Positions 28,800-41,498 of a DNA stretch of 64,000 nucleotides are shown piece after piece. Every line of letters starts with the position of its first letter. Within the stretch, counting starts at the first letter, position 1. The translations under genes were made by a program, and so were the position numbers. Below the pieces are notes generated by a model. The model searched no databases. It was not told the DNA's origin and saw nothing but the letters and a program-made list of their open reading frames with translations. This DNA comes from Octopus sinensis (taxonomy: Eukaryota): assembly GCF_006345805.1 (NCBI RefSeq), contig NC_043002.1, positions 44,020,001 through 44,084,000 of the forward strand, written 5' to 3'.

Positions 28800-29340
28800 C
28801 TTTAACCTGCAGGTTTTTGAACTTTCGAAATGGTAGATTGGCTTCAACTTACTTCTTTTGATTTTTATCTAGTTTCTAGTTGAAAGTTGGTACCTAAGTC
28901 GAGGAGCGTAATAGTGTTGAGTGTGTGTCTTGATAAGTTGATGACTTTATCTTCCGGTGTGAGTAGAGTTATTTTAACTTTCTATAGTTTGTTTAGCTTT
29001 TTATGCTGTTCTGTCTAACGCGCCGAGGGAGAGTATTTTGTATTTTACCGAGGTTTATTTTTCTATCGTTTAATATAATTTTATCACATTTTGTTTATCA
29101 GTTTCTCTAACTGCATAATTTCAGCGTTGATATTCTACACAGTTGCTGCACGTATTTGTCGCTCCATCAATTCCCTCCGGAATTCCGGCGAACAATTTTC
29201 CTTTTTGTGTTATTACATCGTCTAATTTTATGATGTTTGTATATATGGGGAAACAACCTTTCTGTTTTGATTAAATACACGACTGCATTCAAATTCTGTT
29301 TTCTTTAGTTTAGATTGTTCGTATTTTTTAAAGCCGGTAC
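28800..29340 (-). pseudogene. PLE N-terminal region remnant
   Basis: 28881-28954(-) reads EDKVINLSRHTLNTITLLDLGTNFQ, matching the PLE pre-RT motif V.NLS...L....LL..G.NF. Confidence 0.55.
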
Positions 29341-29751
29341 TTCACTATTTTACTTCGGTTCATTCAGTTAAAATGAGTAACAGCAACAGATGGGAATTTA
29401 ATCCTGTGACATCACGTTGAAGGAGAAGCTTCAATGTGTTACACCTCATGGAAAGAAGAGCAAGCTTTAGTCTAAATGAACCAGTATGCTCAAAGCAAAC
29501 TTTAACTTTTATACATATCCTTTTAGTGTTGACTGTCGGAAAAAAAAGGATTTAAAGAAATTGAAAGTATATTTTATTTTGGTTGCGTCAGTCTCTTGCT
29601 ATGAATTTCGTCTCTGGGTGCAGACAATCGTCAGGCAAGGAACAGACTTCACCAATATAACATATATGTGTGTCTGTGTGTGTGGGGGAAATATATATAT
29701 ATAATTAAATGAATAATAACAGACGATGGATAAAATTCAGTTCATTATAAC

Positions 29752-30180
29752 TGTTTACTCTTTTACTTGTTTCAGCCATTTGACTGCGGCCATGCTGGAG
29801 CACCGCCTTTGATCGAGCAAATCGACCCCAGGACTTATTCGTTGTAAGCCTAATACTTATTCTATCGGTCCCTTTTGCCGAACCGCTAAGTTACGGGGAC
29901 GTAAACACACCAGCATCGTTTGTCAAGCGATGTTTTTTTTTTTGGGGGGGGGGACAAACACAGACACACAAACACAGACACACATATATATACATATACA
30001 TATATACGACGGGCTTCTTTCAGTTTCCGTCCACCAAATCCACTCACAAGGCTTTGGTTAGCCCGAGGCTATAGTAGAAGACACTTGCCCAAGGTGCCAC
30101 GCAATGGGACTGGACCCGGAACCATGTGGTTGGTAAGCAAGCTACTTACCACACAGCCACTCCTACGCCTACAAGCCACT
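29752..30180 (-). mobile_element. SINE family C, full length
   Basis: Complete head (ggagtggctgtgtggtaagtagcttgc), body and tail (gcggccatgctggagcaccgcc). Confidence 0.9.
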
Positions 30181-30186
30181 CCTGCG

Positions 30187-30476
30187 TTTCTTACGCATTT
30201 TTAAATAGAAGAATGAATACATTACTCAATTGTAAAACACTGTAATCATCAGGTGAAACGTAATTTTACAAACAAAAGAATATCCCAAGAATACATCAGG
30301 GACGTGGCTGAAGTCTGCCGAGGCCAACTATGAAAATTATAGTTCGACTTCAGTCACGTTCCTGATGTATTCTTGGGATATTCTTTTGTTTGTAAAATTA
30401 CGTTTCACCTGATGATTACGGTTTTTTGTAATGGACTTATGTTCTCATTCTTCTATTAAAAAATGCGAAAGAAACA
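30187..30476. repeat. Fold-back element, arms about 130 bp, extending to 29700-29730/30495-30530 across the SINE
   Basis: 30241-30316 is the near-perfect reverse complement of 30347-30420. Outer arms are more diverged. Confidence 0.85.
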
Positions 30477-30753
30477 GCTGTAAGGAGGTGTCATTTATCC
30501 ATCGACTGTTATTTTTCATTTGATTATAATACACCAGAGAGATTTTACAACTTCTCGGACACAAAAACGTACAAATCACGTAACGCGTGCTTTGGATCAG
30601 CCCTCGGTGCTAAATGCTCACTAGGTTGGTTTTCTCTATGTACACGACCGGAATATCCTATTTGATACTTACCAACCATAGGCCAAGAGCACAGGTTTTT
30701 CCAACGGCACCTGGTGCATATTTTTCAAGTATATAATTTTATCTGAATCCTTA

Positions 30754-30931
<178 letters not shown>

Positions 30932-31036
30932 TATATGTAATTATGCATATGTATGTGTATACATGTATACATGAATATATATGTGCATATATATATATAT
31001 GTGCGTGCGTGTATATGTGTATATATCTCATGCTCC

Positions 31037-31070
31037 TTTCTGTTGAAGAGCGTAGATCCGAAACGTAAAA
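31037..31070 (+). ncRNA. Degenerate minimal HHR (H2-like)
   Basis: ttt-ctgttga-a-gagcgtagatcc-gaaac-gta-aaa; core A6U and broken stem II. Confidence 0.4.
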
Positions 31071-31177
31071 TACTTTCTCACCTTCCCGAGGGTTAAACAA
31101 ATACACCTGTTAGTTGCTTATACACATGTCTTCGTATTTCGTTTTTCTGTAAATTTCAACTATATATGTATACTATG

Positions 31178-31295
31178 TGGAGGCGCAATGGCCTAGTGGT
31201 TAAGGCAGTGGACTCGCGGTCGCAGGATCGCGGTTTCGATTCCCAGACCGGGCGTTGTGAGTGTTTATTGAGCGAAAACACCTAAAAGCTCCACG
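31178..31295 (+). mobile_element. SINE family A, 3'-truncated
   Basis: Head nearly identical to 2189-2300. Confidence 0.85.
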
Positions 31296-31443
31296 TGTGT
31301 ATGTATATACCGAACGCGTGAAACAGTAACAGTAGAGTGAAGTATCTGCCGACTTCCAATAACTATAAACTTGGCACCACGTATTTTTCGCTCTTTTCTT
31401 TTGTCTGTAAGCATATAAGTTTATTTCACCTATGTACACAGTT

Positions 31444-31476
<33 letters not shown>

Positions 31477-32308
31477 GAATATGCACGTCTCGCGGCAAAA
31501 CTTGACACGGTGCAAACTTCAATAAATAATTTTAAAATATTGAAGTAGAGATAAGACAAAGCCAAATTTGAAAGGAAATCGATGAATGTCGAATATATCA
31601 TTCAACAATGGTAGTAGTTGAATATTATTCAACAACGGTTGTAGTTGAATAATATTCTTAAGACCGTAATTTACACACACGCCGCATTTTCAGAGCTTGT
31701 CAGTAATTCAGTTCTTAACCAAATGGAAAACTGCTAACAATTTCTGAAGAGTACTGATCCTACCTACATTTTGGCATAACAAAATTGAGATTTGGTCCCG
31801 TAGATAAAAGTTTACATCAAAATTTGTAGCGACGTTATAGGAGAGTAAGTAACACCTCCAATCAAGTTTAGATTGAAATAGCTTTTTTATTTTAAAAGCA
31901 AAATATATTTATCTTAGCTTCAATAATAGAAGAAAGTGTGAAGAATTTGTATCCAAAAAGTTGTGAGGTAAAATATCATGGAAAAAATACAAGTAGGGCA
32001 AAAAATTGGATTTAAGTATAATTAACCATCTTATTTTAAAAACAAACTATATTTTAATTAAGCTTAAATGATAGAGCTCAATTCGAGGAATTTCATGGTA
32101 TCAATCTCATGCAAAAAGTTATGGGGTTTTGAACCTCGAATTTGTGGGTGATAATATAGTTCTATACTTTTTTTTATGAATATGGTTCTAGGAAACTTTT
32201 AATATATATCACCAGCATCATTAAGGTAAGGAAAAAAATTAACAATGACACCGCTGATTGACACATTTGACACATTATTAATTAGCACTATAGCATAACC
32301 TGGAAAAA

Positions 32309-33425
32309 ACATTGATTAGATGGAAAAATGCGAGCAAGAGAAATAATATTCTTAAGATTATATATCTGCAAAAGTACAGGACAAGTCATTACATCAGAAC
32401 AAGAAAAGTTTTACTTAGAATATTGCAGCTAAGGATAAAAATTGAATATTAAAAATTATTTGATTTGAATTCACAAAGTAACATTCTAATTAAAAAAGGT
32501 ACCATCATTTTGTTAAAATATTGACACACTACATACTTAAAAAATGAGAGCCAGAAGTACCAATATAGCTAAAGTTTTATGCAAAGTAGAACAATATATA
32601 TGGTAGACAATTCATTATGTAAAAAATAGGCATTGTGAAAAATTGGCAATAACAAGCAATAACTAAAGCAAATTTTACTGTGAATTCGTTGTTATTTTAC
32701 TGTAATATATAACTAATTTTTTGTATTATTCTATTTATTGTACTAACTAATGATGTACTACTATTATTGTTTATAATCTATTTTCAAATTTCTAATTATT
32801 GATTAATGATTAAAAAAAGGAATTTTTTAATGTGTAAAGAATATTGAGTTATTTATAATTTTTTTTAAGTGGAGGCACATGGCCTAGTGGTTAGAGCAGC
32901 GGACTCGCAGTTGAGGGATCGCGGGTTCGAATCTCATACCGGGCGATGTGTATATTTATGAGCGAAACACCTAAGTTCCACGCGGCTCTGGCAGAAGGTA
33001 ATGGCGACCTTCTGCTGACTCTTTTGCCACAACTTTCTCTCACTCTTGCAGCTCACCTGCGACAGACCGGCGTCCCGTCCAGGTGGAAAACCTATACGCC
33101 AAGGAAACCGGGAAACCGGCCCTATGAGTCAGGAATGGCTCGAGAAGGAACAAACAAAAAAAAAAAAAATTCATTTTTAATAGAAGTAACAAGTAATAAC
33201 AATTAGAAGTAATAACTTGTAATACAATTTTTAGTTTTAATAAAAGCTAATATTTTCTAAATCTAAATATTTTATTCAAAATTTTATCCTTGGCTGCAAT
33301 ATTTCAAGTAAAAATTTTCTTGCTTTGTACTTTAACAGTGTTGTAACCTGTTGTGAATTTTTCAAGATTTATGATTTTAAGAATATTTTTTCTTTTGCTC
33401 GCATTTTTCCATGTAATAATTCAAT
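32309..33425. mobile_element. Fold-back/MITE-like element with long imperfect terminal inverted repeats
   Basis: 32309-32470 is inverted to 33250-33425 (tggaaaaatgcgagcaa..., atattgcagc.aaggataaaa). A SINE is inserted inside. Confidence 0.65.
32870..33160 (+). mobile_element. SINE family A
   Basis: gtggaggcacatggcctagtggttagagcagcggactcg...gggttcgaatctc. Confidence 0.85.
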
Positions 33426-34309
33426 GTGAGTGGGAGAGAGAGAGTGAGTGAGCTAGGGTGTGTGGGCGTGTGTGTTTGTGTGTGAAAATGAAAGAGAGAG
33501 AGCGTGTGTGGATTTCCGTTGGACTTTTGTGTGTATATGCGCATGTATTTGATTATAGTTAGTCCTTATTTGTGTATGTGTATAATTGTGTGTGTGAGTG
33601 TATAGTGTGTATGTGTATAGGGGTGTGGGTGTGTGTGAGAGAGAAACAAAATAGAATGTGTGTGAATTGGCAAACTACCGTTGGATTTTGTGTGTATTTG
33701 TGCATGTGTATATGTGTGTCTGTGTGCATGTGGTTGGTCCTTATTCGTGTGTGTGTATGTGTGTGTGTGTGTGTGTGTATTAGCACGAACCTGTGAACCA
33801 GAGAATGTCTTGCCATTTGAGTATCTTATCATTTTTCTGCTCTTGCAGTTGATCTTACTGTCATATTTCGGTGGCTAAACAAAGAAAGTTCTTTAGTATG
33901 TCATCTTAATATCATAGATTGAATTTCAAGTCAATACTGATAAGAATAAGTAGGATAACAGTTTAATATCTCGTTAGAATGATCTACGCAGAAGATATCA
34001 TACAGGCAAGAAACGTCACAAAAACATTCTACTGTATTTGTAAGAGACAAGAAAAAGTGTGTGTGAATTAGCATGTTATATACAACAACACCGTTTGCTT
34101 TTACCTTCCTACCACCCCTATATCTCTCTAGCTCATCCTACGTATTCAGTTATGAAACTAAATTGAAAACACCATAGTTATAATTCAACTTCTCACGGAT
34201 TTCTCTTATTTTCACGCTATTATTTGGAACAACTTAAATAGACATTTGACAATAACAGATGCAGTTTGCAAGTAAGTGATATATATATAAAATGTGTGTG
34301 TGTGGTTTT

Positions 34310-34612
34310 TTTTCACCCTTTTACTTGTTTTTGTCATTGGAGTACGGCTTTGCTGAGGCACCGACTACTCAAATGAATCAATTCAGTCTATCGGTCTCTT
34401 TTGGGGTAAAGCTAAGTTATAGGGCCGTAAACGAATTGACATCGTTTATCGAGAGTTGGAGGACAAATGCTGACAAGCACATACAAAAAAGGAGCACACA
34501 CACACACACAGCTATACACATAAATCTACACACATATACACACACAAATATGTACGGTGGGCTATCACACAGTTTCTATCTACCAAATACACTCGCCAGG
34601 CATTAGTTAGCA
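34310..34612 (-). mobile_element. SINE family C, degenerate
   Basis: gtttttgtcattgg...gcaccg...gctaagttatagggccgtaaac...ctaccaaatacactc. Confidence 0.6.
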
Positions 34613-34638
34613 CAGGTATATATATATATATATATGTA

Positions 34639-34685
<47 letters not shown>

Positions 34686-35300
34686 ATGTATGTATGTATT
34701 TATGTATATATACATAATTATATGCAAAACTGCATAGGTGTGTGTGTGTGTGTTAGCATGTGTGTGTGTGTGGTGTGTGTGTGTATGTATGTATGTATGT
34801 ATGTATGTATGTATTTATGTATATATACATAATTATATGCAAAACTGCATAGGTGTGTGTGTGTGTGTTAGCATGTGTGTGTGTGTGTGTGTGTGCATAT
34901 GTGTTTGACTTCTTTTTATTGAATTTGATTAACTCTATAGTCAGCTTTGATCGTGATGATGCGTGTATACTTCGGATTATACACTCCTAGGTGTACATAG
35001 ATAATCTTTTTAGACAATATGATGTCATTTGAAAGTAATTTCGTTGCAATTTTTAGCAGATCAAGAGACCACGAAGTGGTCCTCAATTTGCTTTATGTGC
35101 ATGCATAGTCATACAAAAATATCACACAAAGCGAGCCGTACAGTATTAAACATGCCAAGAGATTCGTCTCCTTTAACAAGGACACTCGCACGGCTAAGAC
35201 AGATGTCAGGAGCGATTTCGATATCACTACGGGTAACTTTCACATAGTTGAAATGTGCGTTACTACGTTTGCTTCTCCTTAACAATATGTGCACGGGCAA

Positions 35301-36430
35301 AGGCGACGAGCTGGCAGAAACGCTAGCACGCCGGGCGAAATGCGTAGCCATATTTCGTCTGCCGTTACGTTCTGAGTTCAAATTCCACCGAGTTCAACTT
35401 TGCCTTTCATCCTTTCGGGGTCGATTAAATAAGTACCAGTTACGCACTGGGGTCGATATAATCGACTTAATCCGTTTGTCTGTCCTTGTCTGTCCCCTCT
35501 GTGTTTCGCCCCTTTTGGGTAGTAAAGAAATAGGTATTTCGTCTGTCTTTATGTTTTGAGTTCAAATTCCGCGAGGTCGACTTTACCTTTCATCCTTTCG
35601 GGGTCGATAACTTAAGTACCGGTTGTGTACTGGGGTCGATCTAATTGACTGGCCACCCTCCCACAAAATTTCGGGCCTTCTACCTAGAGTAGAAAAGAAT
35701 CTTTAGTACGCTGGACAATATGCTTACTGACATTTCCCTCGTCTTTCTGTTCTGTCTTCAAATTTCGCCAAGGTCGACTTTTACCTTTCATCCCTTCGGG
35801 GTTAAGCACTGGGCGCGATGTAATCGACTTAACCACTCCCTCGAAATTACTGGTATTGTGCCAAAATTTTAAATCAATATTTACATGGACAAGTTTAATC
35901 GCAATATGGGTAATTTTTGGTAAACTGAAATCTGTGATTTAGTGTGATTGTTCCTGCTCAACAAAATGTGCAACTCGACTGAAAGAAACCAGTGTTCCAA
36001 AATTTACTCCTCTTTACCTTATATGTGAATGTATACAAATATATCTTTTAAATGTAATCAATCATTAGATCTAATCAATAAATTCCAATATCTTGAGACA
36101 AATGAATTGAACAAAAATGACCGTAAATGTAAAATATTGGATCTGTTACTCTATCGTAGTCCGTTACTTCATTCTCTGAGTAAAATTACTTGTGTTTTGC
36201 AATGCTATCAGGGCGGCGAACTGGCAGAATCGTTAGCACGCGGGGCAAAATGCTTCGCAGCATTTCGTCCTACCTTACGTTTTGAGTTCAAACTCCACCG
36301 AAGTTGACTTTGCCTTTCATGTTTTCGGAGTCAATAAAATAAGTACTAGTTGGAGGCATGGGGTCTATGTAATCGACTTACCCCACTCCAAAATTTCTGG
36401 CCTTGTGCCAGAATTTGAAATCAATATTTT
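35301..36430 (+). mobile_element. Cluster of SINE family B copies (35301-35530, 35545-35700, 35735-35880, 36210-36430)
   Basis: Repeated gagttcaaattcc...gtcgacttt(a/g)cctttcatcctttcggggtcgat body. Confidence 0.85.
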
Positions 36431-38365
36431 AGCGAGGTGTGGGGGAAAGTACTGCTGTATATATCAATAACTGCACTGGTTTAGTGTCATTTCAAACTCA
36501 TTGGAGGGGCATTTCGCCTGTCTGTACGTTCTAGGTTCAAACTCTGGGTCGATGAAATAAGTATCAATACATTTTCCCCCACACATTTGTTTCATGGTTA
36601 ATGTACTACAATATATATGTGTGTGCCAATCAAAAACGTTACCTTTCTATATATCGCCTCTGCTACTAAATAAATTTGACAATTCTTCTGTCGATTTAAT
36701 TTCTAGATGCAACTTTGCTCCTCGCTTCCTACATTCTCTGCCAACCTTTAGTCCTCTTTCTTTTCACTTAACCTCCACAATGACTTTGCTGAAAGCTAAG
36801 AATCTCTCCAACACGTTTCATCCAGTATTTGCTTCCTCTGTCTTCGTTCACTTCTCCCCTTACTCCACACCACTTCTTTCCGATCTCCTCTCTTCTACTC
36901 CTCACATCATTCCTTCTACTTTCACTACATTCCATTAAATATTTTCTAGCTTGCAGCCAGAGAGACAATAACCCCACCCTCTCTCTCTGTCTTTCTCTTC
37001 TCTATCTCTTTCGCTCTTGCTCCTTCGCCTTCTCTCTCTCTCTCTCTCTCGCTCTCACTCCTCCCTCTCTCTCTTAACCTCTCACATTCACTTGCCACAG
37101 AAAACCAAGAACGCGAAATATTAAAGTTTTTACTCTTCACGACAATTGAACATATCTGATTCTAATACGAACTCTCCTTTGAACTATCACTTGCCTCTTG
37201 GGATTCTAGATTTTATCATAAGTTCTGTTTCAGCAACTTTATTGACAACTGACCAACAATAACAACAAAGCCAAAAGAAACAACGTACATGAAAGACAAA
37301 CACTGACCCTTGAATAGAAATCCTTATTAACTACAGAGCTGAAGACATCTGACATTGGCAAATGACGACATCACTTTGTATAAAGTTACATTTCATTAAA
37401 TTGAATTGAAATTAAAACATAGTCATAAGTAAGTACTACAAATATTGTTTACGCTAATCCAGAGACTATTTTGCTTCAAAGATAACACACGTACACATAT
37501 ACAGACAGTTATAAGAAACGAAAATTTCAGTCATAAATAAAATTAATTTGAGGTGTTTATTCTTGTTTAAATTTCTATAAATTACACTTGTTTATAAATA
37601 CATAAAAGCAAATTCAACTTTTATAGCCATATTAAATAAAACAAAAATGGGATCTTTTCTAAAAGATGGACAGAATTTTCTACTTAACTAAATAATTTGA
37701 AACTTCGTATACTGGTAGAATGTGTCAAAAGAAAACATTAATTTCAATTAGTTTTTTTGAGAAAAATGTATTTTGTAACTTTTACGTAGTTTAATTCTTC
37801 GAATTTTAACCAGTCGTATTCTCTGTTTTGAGCTCAATTAATTACTGCCGTGTTATTCATCCTTATCACTGTCTTCTGTTTTCTGTCTTCAAAGGCTTCT
37901 CGCATGTTTATTTCAATGTCATCCCTGACTTACGGAACGATTACCTGTGTGTGTGTGTGTGTTTTGTTGTGTATGTGTGTGCGTGTGTGTGTTTGTTGTG
38001 TGTGTGTGTTATTGTTGTGTTTGTGTGTGCGTGTGTGTGTTTGTTGTGTGTGTGTGTTATTGTTGTGTATGTGTGTGTTTGTGTGTGTTTGTTGTGTGCG
38101 TGTGTGTGTGTTATTGTTGCGTATGTGGTATTTGAGTACTCTTTTTTCCACCTTGTTTCACATTTATGTGTTTACTCCGGTATATATATATATATTATAT
38201 ATATATATATATATTATATATATATATATATATTATATATATATATATATAAATTTTAAAATTAAAATGAGGGTGAAAAAATTGGATATTAATTTGATAA
38301 CATCAATTTAACACCAATGGTCTAGCATATTAAAAAACTGAGGTTCAGTAAATAGTATTACATAC

Positions 38366-38597
38366 ATATGAGAGGGATTCCCACTAAGTGGACACCCTAA
38401 TGCTAGAAGTAGATCCGCTACGGTCTTACCACTAATAGTGAAATATTGTTTATGATTAATATATATTTTTGTTACTTTTCATTTGTCTTGCTCGCTTAGG
38501 TTTCTGGTGTGTGTTAAATTTTCTAGAGAACATTTCTTAGTAGTAAGACCATAGCGGATCTATTTCTACCATTAGTGTGTCCACATAGTGGTAATCC

Positions 38598-38606
<9 letters not shown>
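38366..38606. repeat. Inverted repeat, 70-bp arms, related to the H1 3' end
   Basis: 38366-38435 vs 38537-38606, about 7 mismatches. Spacer has ttttcatttgtcttgct as in H1. Right arm abuts (TA)n. Confidence 0.8.
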
Positions 38607-38650
<44 letters not shown>

Positions 38651-38918
38651 GACGAAGAGGAAGGCTAGCAGGCCGAAACTTCAAATTCTCTGTCACTACT
38701 CTTCTTGTAAAAGTCTAGTATTCCACTAAAAGGTAATGCATTGTTCTTCTGTTTAATGTTAAATTGCTTCTATATATAACTTGACATGAAAACAAAAATT
38801 AACATATACGTCCATACAAACATATATAAATATAATCAAATCGAATAAACGACGTTGAAAATAACAATAACATACAACAAAGAATGTATTAATTTGACGC
38901 TCAATGCAAAGAGAGAGT

Positions 38919-38953
38919 TTTTGACGTTTCGAGCATAGCTCTTCGTCGGAAAG
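38919..38953 (-). ncRNA. Minimal HHR (H2 subfamily), U4C core variant, GUC site
   Basis: Reverse complement reads ttt-ccgacga-a-gagc tat gctc-gaaac-gtc-aaa. Confidence 0.55.
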
Positions 38954-39049
38954 TAGAAAGAGGAAAATCCAAGGAAGGAAAAAAAATCACCAACAGTACG
39001 TGTGTAGTTACATTGCTGAAGTGATGTGTATATAGGTGCTGTATATGTT

Positions 39050-39290
39050 TTTACTTTATTCTTTTACTTGTTTCAGCCATTAGACAGCGGTCATGCTGGT
39101 GCACAGCTTTGACGTTTTTGTCGAATGAACTAACCCCAGCGCTTACGTTCTTTTAAAGCCTCACACTTATTCTGGCTGTCTCTTTAGCTGAATCGCTAAG
39201 TTACAGGGACGCAAACACACCACCACTAATTGTTAAGCGGTGGTGGGAGGACAAACACAGACACACACACACACACACATGCACATACCT
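39050..39290 (-). mobile_element. SINE family C 3' half
   Basis: cttttacttgtttcagcc...catgctggtgcac...gctaagttacagggacgcaaacacac. Confidence 0.75.
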
Positions 39291-39398
39291 GGCTTGCATC
39301 AATCTTCATCCCGCCATGGCGTCTTAGAGACACATAAACATAAACATAAAAAAGCATATATATTTATTTATGAATATGCGTGTGTCCGTTTGCACACA

Positions 39399-39446
<48 letters not shown>

Positions 39447-39448
<2 letters not shown>

Positions 39449-39835
39449 GGCATTGAAAGTTACCCCAACAGCAGAATGGTGCGCCACTGCATGGTGCCAA
39501 AGATCCCAACATCACCATCAAAATACAGGACCAGATACTGCAACAGCTTGGGTTCCAGGGGACCACAGCTCTTCAATATCCTTCCTAAATGCCTGAGAGA
39601 CATGCATGGTGTGGATTTGGGTTTCTTTAAAACTAGACTGGATCTCTTCTTGTCAGGGGTTCCAGATGAACCTACCCCTCGGCAGGAAACACAAATGCGA
39701 GCAGCGGCGCCGAACTCCCTTGTTGACCAAGTGCCACGTATCAGAGGTGGTTTCACATACTAGTGTAGCTCATTCAACGGTCGTGCCCCAGCATGGCCGC
39801 AGCTTTCGGGATGAAACATTTTTAAAGATTTAAGG
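39447..39835 (+). mobile_element. CR1/L2-like LINE 3' end (ORF2 C-terminus plus 3' UTR)
   Basis: RHCMVPKIP...RTRYCNSLGSRGPQLFNILPKCLRD...FKTRLDLFLSGVPDEP...RAAAPNSLVDQ*, then UTR and (taaagatt)-type tail. Confidence 0.85.
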
Positions 39836-39886
<51 letters not shown>

Positions 39887-40210
39887 ATATATTATATATA
39901 TATATAAATATATATACACACACACATTCATATGCATATATACATAAACATATTCACAAGACAGAAAAGCTGAGAGTGAGGGAAAAAGTGGGAGAAACTG
40001 AGAGAAAACAAAAGTTTGAAGGAACATACAGGTGAAATAGAGCTGAATAGTAAGAGTATATTAATTTTTTTTATTCCTCTTTAGTGTTACACAAGTGACA
40101 GAAGATCCGAGTGTTTCGTTCATTTCCCACCATATAAAAAACTCAGTGTTATGCTCGAATCTCTAGTCTTTTGTGTCACTTATTTAACTTCACACACGCA
40201 CACACACACA

Positions 40211-40243
<33 letters not shown>

Positions 40244-40253
40244 CAGACAGACA

Positions 40254-40296
<43 letters not shown>

Positions 40297-40897
40297 ACAC
40301 ACGAATCTCAAACTATGAATCTCAAGCTATGATAATATAGTAATTTATTTGTAGACAGGCAGTTTAATTATCATGTTAGATGTTCTTCAGTAAATTCGTG
40401 AATATTTTATGAGTATAGGTAAGCATCAAATGTTTGTTATTTTTATTTATCTTATTTATCTTACGAAGAAGTTTATTGTCGGCTGGAGAAGAGAAAAGAC
40501 AAGTGTTTTAAAATGTGTTACTTAAAAGAACTCGAAAATCATTGAGTGTGTGTGTAATGGAACAAATTGTCATCAAACCAAATATTTGATTTGAACGCAT
40601 ACAATAAAGAATACTCCATTAAAATCACTATTGCCACGAGCTAGAATTAAACTGGGCAACGGATTAGATCTACCATTCAAGGACGGGAAAGGTTAACTAT
40701 CCCTGCTGGTTTTCCATCTCCTAGAGTTCTACCCATAATGCATTAGCCCATCTGGTTTTAGTAGAAGATTCTTATCCTAGATGATATACTGTGGGTTTGA
40801 ACCCGAAATCGCATAGTAGTTAAGCAATGTTCTTTGCCTCACAGACACGCCTTACCTGAATCCAATTTTCGTTGACTTAATGGATATGCATATATGC

Positions 40898-40945
<48 letters not shown>

Positions 40946-41204
40946 TATATATTATATATATATATATATTATATATATATAATAAGCAACAAGGATATCC
41001 AGAGGTAATGCAGTACGATCGTATCATGCAACTCCATTTAATTGAACAATGCAATCATTACATCAATTTAAAATGTAGAGCCATCCTGAGCTTCACAGAC
41101 ATAGAATTTAATTGAATTAGAACAGATGACACATTAGTATAATTATACCTAAAATCTCCAATACTTCAGCATAAAGGTTACTATATATGTATACATAGGA
41201 GCAG

Positions 41205-41365
41205 GCGTGTCTGTGTGGTAACAAGCTTGCTTCCCAACCACATGGTTCCGGGTTCAGTGCCACTGCGTGGCAGCTTAGGCAAGTGTCTTTTATTAGTGGC
41301 TTCTAGCTTCAGGCCGACCAAAGCTTTGTGATTGGATTTGGTAGACGGAAACTGAAAGAAATCCG

Positions 41366-41370
<5 letters not shown>
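41205..41370 (+). mobile_element. SINE family C 5' half, ending in the (TA)n targeted by the PLE
   Basis: ggagcaggcgtgtctgtgtggtaacaagcttgcttcccaaccacatggttccgggttcag. Confidence 0.85.
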
Positions 41371-41402
<32 letters not shown>

Positions 41403-41407
<5 letters not shown>

Positions 41408-41498
41408 TTATTAGTGAATTGAAGAAATGGAGTTGAACGAAGATTGAACAGAATTCCTTTTATTGCCACAATTTTCCAAATTCTGATTAAATAAGGAT
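41403..41498 (-). repeat. Inverted copy of pLTR segment 44823-44940 with a 22-nt deletion
   Basis: 96 bp vs 118 bp. The missing bases are the GAAA/stem III/cleavage-site part of the HHR. Confidence 0.95.

Noticed and set aside
38655-38682. aggaaggctagcaggccgaaacttc resembling an HHR 3' half
   Set aside because: The CUG of the core is missing and there is no stem I partner.
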